From: Raillietiella orientalis
Taxonomy: Eukaryota
Assembly: GCA_036172245.1 (NCBI GenBank)
Contig: JAYWIR010000024.1
Span: 2,790,001 to 2,854,000 of the forward strand
Direction of reading: 5' to 3'
Length of the DNA stretch: 64,000 bases
Shown here in pieces: positions 35,650 through 48,650 of this stretch. A program made the translations under genes and the position numbers. Position 1 is the first letter of the stretch, and every line of letters begins with the position of its first letter. The notes beneath the pieces are model-generated. The model was not told the DNA's origin, made no database searches, and saw nothing but the letters and a program-made list of their open reading frames with translations.

Positions 35650-36360
35650 GTGCTTACCCTTGCACACGACCAACTCTTCGGGTCGAGCTCGATGACGGGG
35701 ACTTGCCCACGAAGAACAGCTCGTCCGATGGTAGACACCATCCCCGTCGCCCTCTTGAGACGGTCTGCAGCTCCCTATCAGACCGGCGCAAGATGGCGAT
35801 ACAAGGGGGGCGATTCAGACGGCCGGGATCCAAGAACCTCGCAGCCCGCCAGCGGCTCGGCAGCTCTTGGAAGAAAGCAGACTCTGGATCCGAGCGAGGC
35901 GCCGGATCTGGCAGCGGACTGAAGAGTCCGGGGAACACCGCCAGAGAACTTGCCGCGGCGATTCTTCGCGCGCGGTGGGCTTTCCCCGGAGCGACGACGT
36001 CCTCTCGCGCTATCGTGACGGCCCTCCTTCAGATGGAACTTCCTGCGCACAGCGACGGAAGGTCACCCGACTGACAGCCGCCTTAGTGAGGACCGCAGTG
36101 AAGTTCTTCCTGGCTGAGAGTGGAAGTGGCTACGGAGCTCACTTGCATCTCGCGGCGGCTGCGGAGGAGAAGGCGTCACCAACTGAAGACCCCTTCAGAT
36201 CCTTTTGCATTTTTTGACGGTCTCCCCGCTCCCGCTCCGGGCTTCCTGCGAGTTCCTCCCCGGAGAACTTCTGGTGGTTTGCTCTGGGAACTCTGTGTTC
36301 CCACGCTGTGTGTTTTTTTTTTTTTTTTTAATGAAATAAACGCCCGTGAGTAACCAGTTG
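35650..36360 (+). pseudogene. LINE 3' fragment with terminal AATAAA motif
   Basis: ELAAAILRARW-type C-terminus, T-rich UTR and AATAAACGCCCGTGAGTAACCAG at 36335-36357. Confidence 0.5.
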
Positions 36361-36844
36361 AAAAGCCGAGCGAAAGGAGACCTCTGACCCATCGACCAAC
36401 TCGTCAGATGTCTCTCTCGTCTCCGTGCAACGGAAGGGGACCGCCGTCTTACGTCACTGAAGTCACTGAGGAAGAAAGAGGAGGAGGAGGAAGAGGAGGA
36501 CCTGGAGGGAGGGAGGATGGGGGAGGAAGAAAAGAAAAGAGGTAATTGCCTTGCTTAATTGCTTGGTTTCGGAATGCGTTTCCCGTTTCCAACACGCAAA
36601 TTCTCCGTTCTTCTTCCGTCGGTAATTACTCGAGACAGTTGAGCTTTTCATACGGCACGACAACCGTCGAGCGCGGTAATTGTCTATTTTTCCATGAAGC
36701 TGCCTTCTTTTAAAATAATTACCATTAATTATCCCGAAGGATGTCGAAGGTTCCCATGATCTTTTACGAGACTTACCGGACAATGCGATGCAGCTTCCGA
36801 TTTGATTGATAACAAGCTCGGTGCATTCCACCGCTTGGGGTCAC

Positions 36845-36875
<31 letters not shown>

Positions 36876-39800
36876 CCAGAACGTTTCAACAAATTTTTTC
36901 CTAATTGCACGAGATCATGGACCAATAAATCAGTTTCTCAAGGTTCGCTTCTCCCCCCCCCCCCTCCTCACTTCCCAACATTGAAAAAAAAAAAAAATAC
37001 ACTGAAAAAATGAAATAATAAATTCGGACCGATGGCCGACAAACAAGAATTAGCCACCGGCACTCTGGGAACATCCGAAGCGGGGCGGAAGTGGCGCCTG
37101 CGAGGCGTCCGGGAGCCGTCCGAGGTCGATACGAGCGGCAGCAAGCGGATTCGACCGGCGCGTCTTCGGACGGATGGGGATGCCCCACCCTGTTCTCTCT
37201 CTTTTTCGTCTCCTTTCTTCCTTCGCCTCGGAACAGCCTGTCCGGTCTCGACCTGGAGTCCACCCACTCCTGGGCTGGTCCGGGCGGAAACCGCCGCTTC
37301 GCATCGCCGGAGGGCGGTCCTGCGGATCTGCTCCCTTTCGTGTTCCTTCTCGTTCGGTTGCGGAGGGGGGGGGGGGCTCCATGGAGACGCCACAGGGCGC
37401 CCGGCATCCCTTCGTCCGGCCAACACGACCGTGGAGCGAGCAAGCACCCTCACTCCCCCGCCACGTCCCCTGGCAGCGGCAGCGCTTGCGGGGGAAGAAC
37501 ACGTGCCGAGAGAGCGACGAGGGAAAAGGGGGTGGGAGAAGGGAGTGAGGGTTGGCCCTCGCCGAGCGCCGTGAGCAGGCAGGTCAGCTCTCCTCCCCGT
37601 TCTTCTTGGGCGGGCGCGCGGCCGCGCACTCCTCCCCCCACCTTCCGAAGCTCTTGCATACGGTCCGGAGGGAAAGAAGCCGCAGGGGGAAGGGGGAACC
37701 TGGGGTGCTCCTGCGCAGTTCGATGCAGCTTCCGGACCGCTCTGGACCGGGAAGACTTCTCGCCCAGTCCTGGCCGCTCCCAGGTTCACTTCCGCGGGAG
37801 GGAGGTGCACATCTTTTCATTCCATCTTTCCTCTCCGAGGCGGAGGACGTCGTTAGGGAACGAGCTTTCGATCCTTTCCGCTCCCGGAGAAGATGCGCGG
37901 GCACCCGAGCACCGCTTCCGCCTGCCGTGGGATCCTGAGCTTTCGGCATTCGCGGCGTTCCACGCCCGACAAACAAGCGCAACGTCCTTCTCTAGAGCTG
38001 GGTTTGGGAAGGGGTGCATGTGAGGGGAGGGGATGGACCGCTGAGAGAGTGCCTGAGTTCCCGGGGAGGAAAGAAATGGAGGCCGGAGTTTCCTCTCGGC
38101 GGCGCCACGACCTCGGGAGTTGGTCCAGGACTCGCTCCCGTGGGCATTCCTCGAGACGCGCGGAGGGGCTACTGTTGCCGCGGCAACCGAGATCCTCCGG
38201 GGGAATTCCTCGAGCGGGGGGGGAGGAGGAATCTCCGCCGTCCCTCGAAGGTGCTACGCACTCCGTTCTCTGCCACGTCGCGTATCCGCGCGCCCGCAGA
38301 ACAAACGACTCCTGGACGACGCGCCGGGGCAACAGCTGTTGGCACAGCCTTCGTCACCGGAAGCCGGAGAGAGGGGGAAGTTGCCGGTCCCACGCTGCAG
38401 TTCCCTGCGAGGAAGAACGGAGGACCAGGTGGTGGAGTCGGACGAGGAATGGAGAGCCAGGCGGCGGCGGAGAGTCCTTGCGCGTCTGTGCCGCCGGGCG
38501 ACCGGGTGACCGCGCGCAGGAAGGCGGGAAAAGACGCCTCGCCGCCACCCTAGTCCTTCCGCGACTCGCCGAACGCCGCCGCCGCTCCCGCCTTCCTCCG
38601 CAGAGCGCGGCGGAGGAGCAGGAGGGAGCAATTACCGCGTCCCTCTTAGAAGGAACCAAATGCAGCCTCTCTGCAAAGTTAAACAATAAAAATAAACAAT
38701 AAAAAAAGGGGGAGGGGGAAACGTCCGCGGGCAGCTTCCGAGCGGACCCTCGTGGTTTCGAGTTCCCGGTGAAATATGCGCCCTCTGGACGGCAGGCGTA
38801 ATTAGCAAGAGCAATGGTTCCGCGCTTTGCTTCGGGAGGAAAAAAGATGAAGGGCTCCGGGCTGCAGGAAAAAAGGAAAGAAAAAAAAAAAAAAAAGGCA
38901 CCGAAGGTCAATTAGCGATCGCAGCCGATTCCGCTGGAAAAAATTTCTATTTGTTCTGTGGGGGAGGCGGCGGCAGGAAGCTCCCCCCGCGAGAGTGCCA
39001 TCTGGAATCGTACCGTCTGTTCTCTCCCTGCCCTGCGAGGGTGAGGGGGGGGTTCCCGAGGTTTGTGTTTGTCCCTGGACGAGGCAGTGCGCGCTCTGCA
39101 AGAACAGTGGCAGGTTCAGGAGCCAAAGGTCGTCGCCCCAGGAGGCCGGACGACCTTCGCTCTCGGTGTCCGTTCGCGATCGAGCTCGGGTGCTCAGCGC
39201 CTCTGCCTCTGCCCACTCCTGCGTGCTTCCTCCTTCTCCTCCTCTTACATTCCCGCATACCTCCTCCTCCATTCTTCCATTCCTCCTCCTCTTCGTTTTC
39301 CCCACCTCCCCGACGGTGTGTCTTTCCTGATTTTGAGACTGCGGCAGGAAAGGGAAAAACGGGAGGCCACGAGCCACAGAGAACACGCCTTCGGTGGACG
39401 AGCTCCAGGAGTCGCTCTGTTGCGCGCGTCTTGTTTCCAATCTTCGAAGGCAGGGAGGACCCAGCCTCCAGTCCAGTTCGGGTGTGGAACCGCCCCGGCC
39501 ATCATCCTCGGCGAGGTGGAAGGGATTCTCGAAAGCGAATCATGCTTCCCCCTCCCGGAAGCTGGAGACGTCGAAGGGAGAGAAGCTTCAGGTCTGCAGT
39601 TTCCCGAGAGGAAAAAGCTCTCTCAGTGCCTGCAACCCACGCATTCCCTAGGGGCTGGACTGCCTGATCTTCGCTCTTTCCCTGAGGGGATCCCAGGAGC
39701 CTGATGCCGGTACACTCTCCACCTTCTGCCCGACTAATCCTTCTCCTCCCCGAGAGCACGCTTGCCTCCTTCCTTCTTAGCTCGGTTCCTGGCCTTCGGG

Positions 39801-42800
39801 CGCTCCGCGGTCCTCCATGGAGACGGCAAAGGCAGGTGAGTGGGTTCCAGCTTCATGGAGACCTCGCCTCCTCGCCTTCCAAGCGGAAGCCTCCGTCGGT
39901 GCCGACGAGGGCGAGAGAATGCACTCCTCGGTCCTGAATCTGAAAGAGGCGGTACCCACGGAGGGAAAGGGCAGCGGTCGAATCCTTTCTCTTCCGGCAG
40001 CTGACTTGCCGCGCGGGAAGGACATCCCTCCTGCTCGTGCACCTTGCGGAGAAATCATCCCTTCCGATTTCCCAACGTTTCCGTTGCCCGATGGTCACTC
40101 CGAAGGTCATGGAAGTGATCTCGCTGCTGAAAAAACTACCGGCAGTGCTCACGATGAAACCCACCAGCAACATGCAAAAGGCGTGCGAAAGGAAAGAGCC
40201 ACACCCTTCCTTTTTCACTCACGCAAGGGATCCAAGCCGTCGGTTGGCGCCGATCGCCATCGGCTCGTTGGGATCCTGGCGCCTTGAGAACAACGGTGCG
40301 TTGCAAGAGCTGGAGATTCCAAAGAACGTGCCCAGCGAACCAGTGGTGTCTTCCCGAATCCAGCAAGACTGAGTCGCCTAGGACACCCTCCAAACGGTGA
40401 CACGGAGACCTACCTGATGGAGGGAGTCCCTGGAAGAAGACCTCCGGACCTAATCAACGCCGAAGCCGGGTGCCGAAACCCAGACAGCAAGCAGACTCGG
40501 CCCGGCAGGGAAAAATCCTGTGTCGAGAGCAAGGTCGAGGGTCCGAATTGCAGCCGTGAACCCTTCCCTTAAAGGCCCCACCTCGAACATGAACGAAATA
40601 CTGCAGGTGGCTTCCTCAGCGTCCCTTCTCTTGAAACTTCTTCGACGATGCTTTTTGAGTGGACTTCAAAGGACTGCTGTGCGCTCTCTGGCTGCTGAAA
40701 GCAGGGAGATCTTCGGCTGGAAGCATCGTCTGTACAACAAATTGCGAGGAACGCCTTGGCGATGGCCCTGCTGCTCCCGGCGGACAACCCCACAGACGTG
40801 TTAAAGCCTTTAGGTCAGCGGCCAGCGCAGCGACGACCGCAACAACCCTCTGCTGACTCTGCGGCACGTTCGCGGCAGGAAGCTCCGACGGAAGGGCGCA
40901 ACTCGACGGGAGCACCGCCACCATGATGGCCTTCTTCTTGGAGAGGACAAAGAGACGGTCCCACCTAGTGGATTCGAGGGTGGGACTTGCCAGCATCCTG
41001 CACAGGATGCACGGGATGAAGAGGAGTCCAGCAGATCAGCGGTGACCTTTTCTTTGTCTTTCCCTCCGCATAAAAAAATGCCCATTTTGGGGGGTACTTT
41101 TTCCAAGAAGCGCTTTTCGCCGACAATTCATCTGGCTTCTCTCGGAAGAATTATTCAGACCCGTAAGACCTCATGTCCTAAACAACATGGGAAGCTACAG
41201 CTACGGCCCCAGCGTAACCGGTAGTCAAAGGAGCACCAGGTCTTTGGAGGGAGAACCAAACACCAAGGACACCAAGGTGGCGCAGTCTGGACACCTGGGA
41301 GGACCCCAGCGCACGACGTCCCGACTGGAGGGCACGTGGCTCAGATGACGAGTGACGAAGAACGTCCGAGCTTCTAGGATGGTGGCTACAGGTGACCCCG
41401 ACGGAGACCAGGGCGCCGTGCCAGCTGTTCCGAACCAAGAGAGGCCTCTGTGCAGGAACGAAGGGAGCAGCGAAACGGAGGCAGGCCGTACCGAAGAAGA
41501 TCTACGCATGCCCCCCTTGACCCTCCGCCCTCGAAGACGGCCACTTCTCTGTCTGCCAAGCACGCAGGAAATTTGTCCGAAACGAAGAAAGGACTCTTTG
41601 ACAGAGGAAGAATAGCTCTGGGGCCGGACCGTACTTCTTCTTCCATGGCGAAGTGGGACCTTTCCTGCACAGAGAGAAGATACACTCCCCTGATCGATTA
41701 GCAGTGATTATGGACCAGCGATTTTTAAAGAGAAGATCTGGAGGCTACCTTTCCTTCTCTCTGGAAGTGCATCAGGTGAAACCTCCAGGCAAACTCCTGC
41801 CCTCAGAAACTCAGTGGCAGGGAAACGAAACTCCTCTGGGATCCCCCGGAGAGGAAAGCACTTGAGATTGCTTCTGCAGTAGCTCCGTCGCAGGATAAAA
41901 GGGCATTCCTCTCTCGTCGAATGGAAGAGAATTTGATTTCCCTGGAGACCCGTGGTCCGTGCAATCTTCGGCGGAGAAGATGCCCAGGCGTAGGGATGGC
42001 CGAACGAATTTGCAGACCGTGCGTCTCCTGCTTGCCCTGTTTGCTCGACAGGGAGCTGCTGCCCCTGCTGACGGGCGTGTGGACCCGTTCCGGCCTTCCG
42101 TAAATCTTCCGGAGCTGCCCGGCGACGGAAAACTTACTCTTTGCGGACCTTGAGGGACGACCGTGCCGACGGAGCGACGCGCGCGTTCTGCTCCTCCTCC
42201 TCTCCAGAGCGTGTTCGCTCGCAAAAGTGTTGGCTGACTTGGAGGAAGAGAAAGGGAAGAAAGGCAAGCCGGGAAGGGGGGGGCGTTCGGTCTTTCCCCA
42301 CCTTTTTGACTTCGGGCGCCAGTGGCGGCGGTGGCTTTCCGCGCGTTGCCAGGCAGCGCCGGATCCTCTCGTTTCCAATCGTTGAAGGCAGGGAGGAGAA
42401 AGCAGGCGAAATTCCAATTAAGAGATGCAGTGCGGCGCGCGATCGGTGTGGTCTCCAAGCTCCGGCTGACCGGCGGAATGCATCCCGAGGATCACACAGC
42501 TTTCTCCTTCTCCGCGGCTTCGCAGACCTTCCCGATAACAAATCATGATGAATCCCAGTCCCAACAAATGAGTTTCAATAATTCATCAAGTAGACGACGA
42601 AACTTCAGCAAAAATCCGTTAGAAGATTTATGGTACTTTCTATAATTCCTAAAATAATAACCTGCGTTCTGGATCGTATCTCCTCGTGTTCTTCCGTGGT
42701 CTACGATTCCATCTCGAGATCTTTTTATCTGGAGCTTTCATCCCCAATCGAGAACAAGAGAAACCACAAATCTCTTCCCCATTTAAGCAACAGCACCCGC

Positions 42801-43877
42801 CCTATCGGGCAAGTCCGGCCTCACGCATCGACCGACGCGCGTTCTGGATGGAGCGCGAAATGCGTCCGGGGTGGACTTTGGTCGTCCCCGACCGAACGTT
42901 GCCAGCTTCCCGCGCGAAACGGGACGACGACCACGTGCATTTCTCGGGGGGGAGGAAACGGCGCTCCCTCTGCGTTTCATTCCAAAGGGGAAGGGGGAAG
43001 AAGGTCGTAAACCAGGGAATGGGGACGGACGCAGGTGCTTCTTCCCCTTCCCAAGCGCCGTGCGGAGGAACGCGTTTGGTCGCGCTCCTCCGCTGACGTG
43101 ACGCAAAAGTGGCGCCTCGACGCAGAGAAAGAGTCACTTGGCGAAATCTTGGCACGTTCGCAGCAGCCGCAAGGCGCTTCCGGAATATCCCCCTGCAGCA
43201 GCAGCTGCCTCGGATGATGATGATTCTCCAAACGCCTCGCTCTTTCAAAGCCAGAGAAGACCGGAGAAGCATCCCTCATTTCACTTCCGCATCCTCCTCT
43301 TCCTTCCTCTCTCCTCTCCGTAATGACATTCCAGATATGTGTGTGCATACACACACGCGCGCGCACACACATATGTATGTTTGTATTTGAGGCGAGGAAA
43401 GAACTTCAGTCGTTGCCCATGGAAACGATCCAATAGAACGGTTCCGCTTCATTGGGTGGTGAGCGCAAAAGAGCAGCGTGATTGACGTGCGATTGTCAAT
43501 CACCACTTTCCAGCTCTCCCTCCTCCTTTTTTTTTCTTTTTTTTTATCCCACATCAGGGATCTCTGCATGTCGCGCTCATGATGGCTGCCATTAGCGAAA
43601 ATCACTTCTTTGGGTTTGCGACCCAGGTCGGCGTTCACTTCCGGCGAACTGATCCCTGTCCATCCCGGTCGACCGACAGCAGGACAGGACTTTTGAGCGT
43701 GGAACGCGTGTGAAGAAGAAAGCCCGCCCTCGGCGGCCGCGTGGCTGCGGTCTCCGCACGTGTTACCTAATCGTTGCGGGTTCGGATCCCACCCGGGTGA
43801 GTGTCGTGGGTTTCAAGCCCCCCCTCCCCTGCATCCCGCAGGACGACGTTGGTTGGCCTATTCGGGCGCGGCACTGG

Positions 43878-44377
43878 TTGACGGTCGGTTACGCCGGGGC
43901 ATTTATTTATTAAAAATAAACACAGAGGTCAGTGGCAAGATGCGTGATCCTGCCACGTTACTTATAAATACGACGGAAGGAACTTGCAGGGATCTGGCAG
44001 GCAAGCCAGCGGGGTCTCCTCGGCAGCACAGGGGAAAGGGAGACAAACAAAAAGAAAAACATAAAACAAAAAATATACAAAAAAATGGGAGATTTGGGAA
44101 GGGATCACTGTGTGCTGTAGGGTGTCCTCTGCATCCTTGTAAGGATGCCCGCAAGTTCTTGTTTCAAGACTCCCAGATGGGATGACGCTGTCCTCATGAA
44201 GAGGACAGCAGAATAGATGGCGTCCCTGTTGTTTTGGCTTCCTCTGGCGTTACTGTTGCTGCTACATGCAGCCACGATCCCGCGTAGGCAGCAAAGTGCT
44301 GCTAGGGATGCGGCCTGCCGCGCAGGAAGAGGCTCTTTAAAACGTCTCTGGCGTTGTCTCCGGGGGCTTCCAAGGGT
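43878..44377 (-). pseudogene. LINE subfamily A, 5'-truncated (~0.5 kb)
   Basis: Colinear with 7215-7730. Perfect 11-bp TSD CGCGGCACTGG at 43867-43877 and 44378-44388. Confidence 0.85.
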
Positions 44378-44841
44378 CGCGGCACTGGATGTCCCCGGTG
44401 ATTGGAAGTATACCCTCTAGGGTCCTTCCAGGAATCAAGGAACACCGGGATTTTCCTCCGGTCGTGAAGGTGGGGTCGTCCATTCCCCTCGGGGGGACTC
44501 TCCACCGCGCAGCATACTTACCCGGCTTCGAGGTGTTCAATTGTGATCATGAAGCTGGCTGGTACCCCCCTCTGGGGTACCAACCAGTATCAACCTCCAG
44601 AGGGGGTTGCATATCAACCCCCTCTGGAGGTTGCATCTTCAGACTGTCAGCAGAGCTCTGCTCCCTTCGGGGAAGCGCCGTTCAGAGAAATCGGGAAGTA
44701 ACCCTTCGGGGTTCTCTTAAGAGGAGGAAAATAAGAGATGTTTCCCTGAAGGTTCCTTCGGAGAAGAAATGAGCAGTGGTTCCTCATACGGGGGGTCTCT
44801 CTGGAGAGCATAAGGAAGAGGTTCCCCTCGGAGGCAACCAG

Positions 44842-45762
44842 AGACTCGTCATCTGCACCCGCTGCTCACTGCGGAAGATCCTCGAGAATCCCAGCATGAG
44901 CGCGGAGGCAGAGCGGACCTTCTTCGAGGCGACGATGTTCTTTCCTGAGGGATGAGTGGATGCTGCGACCACGAGTGCCTTTTTACGAGAACTGAAACGC
45001 AGGGACGAGCTGCCTGGCATTTCTAGCGGAGCCTGGAGTGGCCCCCAGCTTTAAAGAACAGCAGCGCCCTCCCCCTGAGGCGGCAGGAGCCAGAACTTCT
45101 GCTGTTTCGCTGGAGTCTTCCCTGCAATGCACGCCGACACTACTGGATGCCGGGGAAGGCGAGTCCAGACTGTCGCAGGTCCAGGGAACGCGAATCCCCC
45201 TTCCCGCACCTGCTTGTGCGCTGTGCTGGCCTCCGGCCACTGTGGAAACGTTCCGGGACGACCTTCCAGATCCCGGATGGCACCCCCAGGGACTTTTGAC
45301 GGCTCCTCTTCATGCGGGACGCCCTGCAGCCAGCCGCAGCCGCAGCAGGTCTTTGCTGCCTACTCGGGATTGCGTCGTCCTGGAGAGAAGCCGACGGAGG
45401 AAGAAACGGGAGGGACGCCGTCCAGTCCGCAGTTCATTTTCTGCGGATGGCGGCTGGATGGCCTCCCTTGGGACCTATTCTGAAGGAGCCAGCTGGAATC
45501 CTGGAAAGGATGCGGAGGACTCCTTTCAGCGAACAGTGGTCCCTCCCCGACCCTCCCAAATATTTTTTATTTATTTTTATTTACCCTTTCCTTTTGTCTC
45601 CTCCCATCCCCCTCCGCTGCCGAGGTGAGCCCCTCCGGCCTGCCTACTGGCGACCCGCCAGGTCCATGGAGAGAATGAGTGTGGTAAGACCACGTGTCCT
45701 ACCACAATATGTGAGGTTATTTTGAATTTCAAGAAACGCCCTGGAGTGTCCGAGTGGAAATG
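44842..45762 (+). pseudogene. LINE subfamily C, 5'-truncated (~0.92 kb)
   Basis: CSLRKILENP (compare CTLREILKDP in LINE-A) and a zf-RVT region. TSD GGAGRCAACCAG at 44830-44841 and 45763-45774. Confidence 0.85.
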
Positions 45763-48199
45763 GGAGACAACCAGGGCGAGGATTCCTTACCAAGCGTAGG
45801 AGAAACGGACTCTTTCCTCCGGAACCTTTCTGGATTCATAGGGTGGTCCCCTCCCGGGATACCCCTTGTCTTGAAGCGTAATGTATACCTCCGGATAGCG
45901 TGGATAATGTCAAAGAGTTTCCTTGCCCCCTAGGCGAACGGTCTTTCAGTACTTGGCGAACCAAAAAAAAAAAGGATACCCGAAAAAAAGGTTGAAAGCG
46001 AACAGCAAAACAGATGAACCCAATCCATCGCTCATCTACTGATGCTATTACCACGGCACTACAGAAAAGGTTCTGAAGCAAGCTGCGGGGGGCACACGAA
46101 GCCAACTGCGAGCAAACGGAATCGGGATAAACTTCCAAAATGGCAGACGAGCTGGGAAATGCTAGATGAAGCCACAGTGATGTGGCCATGACGTGATGGG
46201 AGGGCAAGAATTTCGTGGAAAATTAGTGGAAGGTGGTAGTAAATGTTACTACGTGCGTATTGGAATCAGGGTGGGAGCGCTGAGTGGGAAAGTGGGGTGG
46301 GTACCACAGATATCATTCCAGTGAGTTGGATGATGGGATGCTGGCTGTCTGCTGATTCAGCTTCCCAGGATAGTGAATGCGAGTGGAAGTGGTAGGGTCT
46401 TCAAGTGTGCCGATCCAGAAGAAAATAATGCCGGAGGTCTCGGTCGGTCGGATGGGCAAGCAGACGGTGCCGTCTCGGGCAGTTGCCCGCCGGAAGGACC
46501 AGAAAGCGGGTGTTTCAGGTGAGCGCTCGGTGCGGCTTTGCCCCAGAAATTCCGGTGGGAGGTTCGATCTCGACGGGGCAGAATTTGCTACAGGGGTGGG
46601 CTTGTGGGAGGCGAATGTCGTCTTGGTCGCTGCCTCGGCTGCTGCATCAATCTGCCTATGCCTGCGAAACGGAAGGGAAGCTGCCCTGTGTCATCTCACC
46701 TCGAAAATATCTAGATTTATGCTCCAGGCATCCAATGCTTTCCGTGGGATGAGGAATCACTGCAGAGTGTTCCAGACGGGATCTTGAACGTCACCCTGGA
46801 GATCAGAGCGCGGAGCAGCCAGGGACAACTCGCCTCAAGGGCCGATAAATAGAAACCTTTCGTCGCCGAGGGGGGGGGGGACTCAGCAAGCGAACATGAA
46901 TGGTAAGAAGGAGCGGGGAGATGCACGTGTCTCCTCCCCCCCGCCCCCTGTTTTCGAAATCAGTTCCTTCATCGCAGATCCTCGCTGCGTCCTTCTTCGC
47001 CGATCCAATGTCCACCCGGCCCGAACCTCGATTTGGAAATCTCGCGCGGCTGCTCTCATACATTCGCAGCCGGCCAGCCCCTCCGCGACTATTGCTGCTG
47101 ATCTTGGCCGATCGGTCCCTCGCTTTCGTCCGGACCGGGGCAGCACCTGGGCGATGTCGATGTCTTCTGGAGGGGACCAACGAGGCGAAATCGGGAGTGG
47201 TGGTCGCCCGCATTCCCCCTCCCCTCCCTTCCCCACCATCGCAGATGTGTTTTCAAGTGACTCGAGTGGTATTTAAATACTGGGAGGCTCCCGCCGTGGG
47301 TGAACCACTCGAGCGCAGACGCGAGGATCGTGACCGGCGCACGCGTGACGCCGAGGGATCACGAACTCGGGTTCGCCCGAGCTGCTGCGAAGCTCACAGA
47401 AGAGGTCTTCCCCCGCGGAGCGCGAGACACGCAGATCCGACAAGGGAGGTGGACAGGGGGCGAAAGCAGAGAGCAATCATTCGGTAGAAACGTCGGCAAT
47501 ACGGCCAATTCTGCGCAGCACCCTCCTTTCAGGAAGGGAAAGGGGAGGGGAGGAAGAAGGGAAGGAGCCCCTGATCACGGAAGCGTTCTCGGGAAAGCAT
47601 GGCACGCGCGGCTCGGATCCCATCCCTCCGGGAACGCGAACATCTTCTGTTTTGTGCTCCGCTAGCCCAGGGGCTGCGGAGGGTGTTCTCTTCTCAACGC
47701 CCACCGTGACCCAAGTCAGATGGTCGGATGATGGGCGGCCTTTGTTTCGAAGTGGCGTTTCTCCTCCTCCCCATTGGAAAATTCTCCCGAGGAAGGGAAC
47801 AAAACGCGCGCGCACACGCAAAGGGAGACGGAAAACCTCCGAATGGACTGCCTGCCCCTCCTTCGCATCCCCGTCCCCGTCTGCCTGTTGCCCGCTTACC
47901 TGCCTGCTTGGTGCTGACAGGCGCAGACAGGAGAACACGCATCGATCAGGGCCAGCTGCTTAGGGAGATGGGAGGATGAAAACGGTTGCTTCGAGGGGGC
48001 GAGCCGGAACCTTGGTTACCGGCAACAAGAAGCGACATTTGCAAAAAAAAAAAAATCTGCCGTCGCGAGAACGGCAGGCCGAGAATCCCGAAATCGTTTC
48101 GGGAACGCCTCCCAGAGGGACGCAGTCCGAGTCTCGCAAACGGGAGAGCTCATCCGTCGTGGGGACTTGACTGTCCTCAACCAAAAGTTCCCCAGTGGG

Positions 48200-48650
48200 A
48201 GAATGGTCGGCAAAAGACAAAGACGAAATCCGCTTGGAACAGAAAGGTGAAAGGAATCGAAAACGAAAGGGGAAGCATTCTGCCGAAGAATTCCAGGAAG
48301 GGAATAGGGGCGGGATGAAAATCCGACCAAACAACAGGCAGGAAAGACGTAGGCTGAGCCGTCTTGGAAACGAACCGTCAACGATAACCCTGGGAGAAAC
48401 TGCCAATGCGTTGATCACAGGAGGACTGGCTCCTTCCTTCCTGGCAACGAGGAGCCATGTTGTTGCTCCAGAAAAGAGCAACCGAGCAAGAAGAGATGGG
48501 GAGGTCCAAGACCTCTCTTGCACGAAAGTGGACTTTCGAGGAAGATCTCCCTGGCGAATGCTCTTTTCAAGGAAGGCCGGACTGGAGATGCGAACCATGA
48601 GGGAGGGATCCACGGGCAAACCTGGACTGACCGAATGACTGCGGGCGCGG
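48200..48650 (+). pseudogene. APE endonuclease remnant
   Basis: ALITGGL (~IIGGDFN) and VDFRGRSPWRMLFS (~DxxRxxxPxxxxFT). Confidence 0.4.

Larger units (their letters stand above)
43722..46022 (+). mobile_element. Most complete tSINE: head 43722-43877, body 44378-44841, distal body and A-rich tail 45763-46022, carrying LINE-A and LINE-C
   Basis: Removing both LINEs and one TSD copy of each gives a ~0.87-kb element colinear with 3199-3800 and 240-790. Confidence 0.85.
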
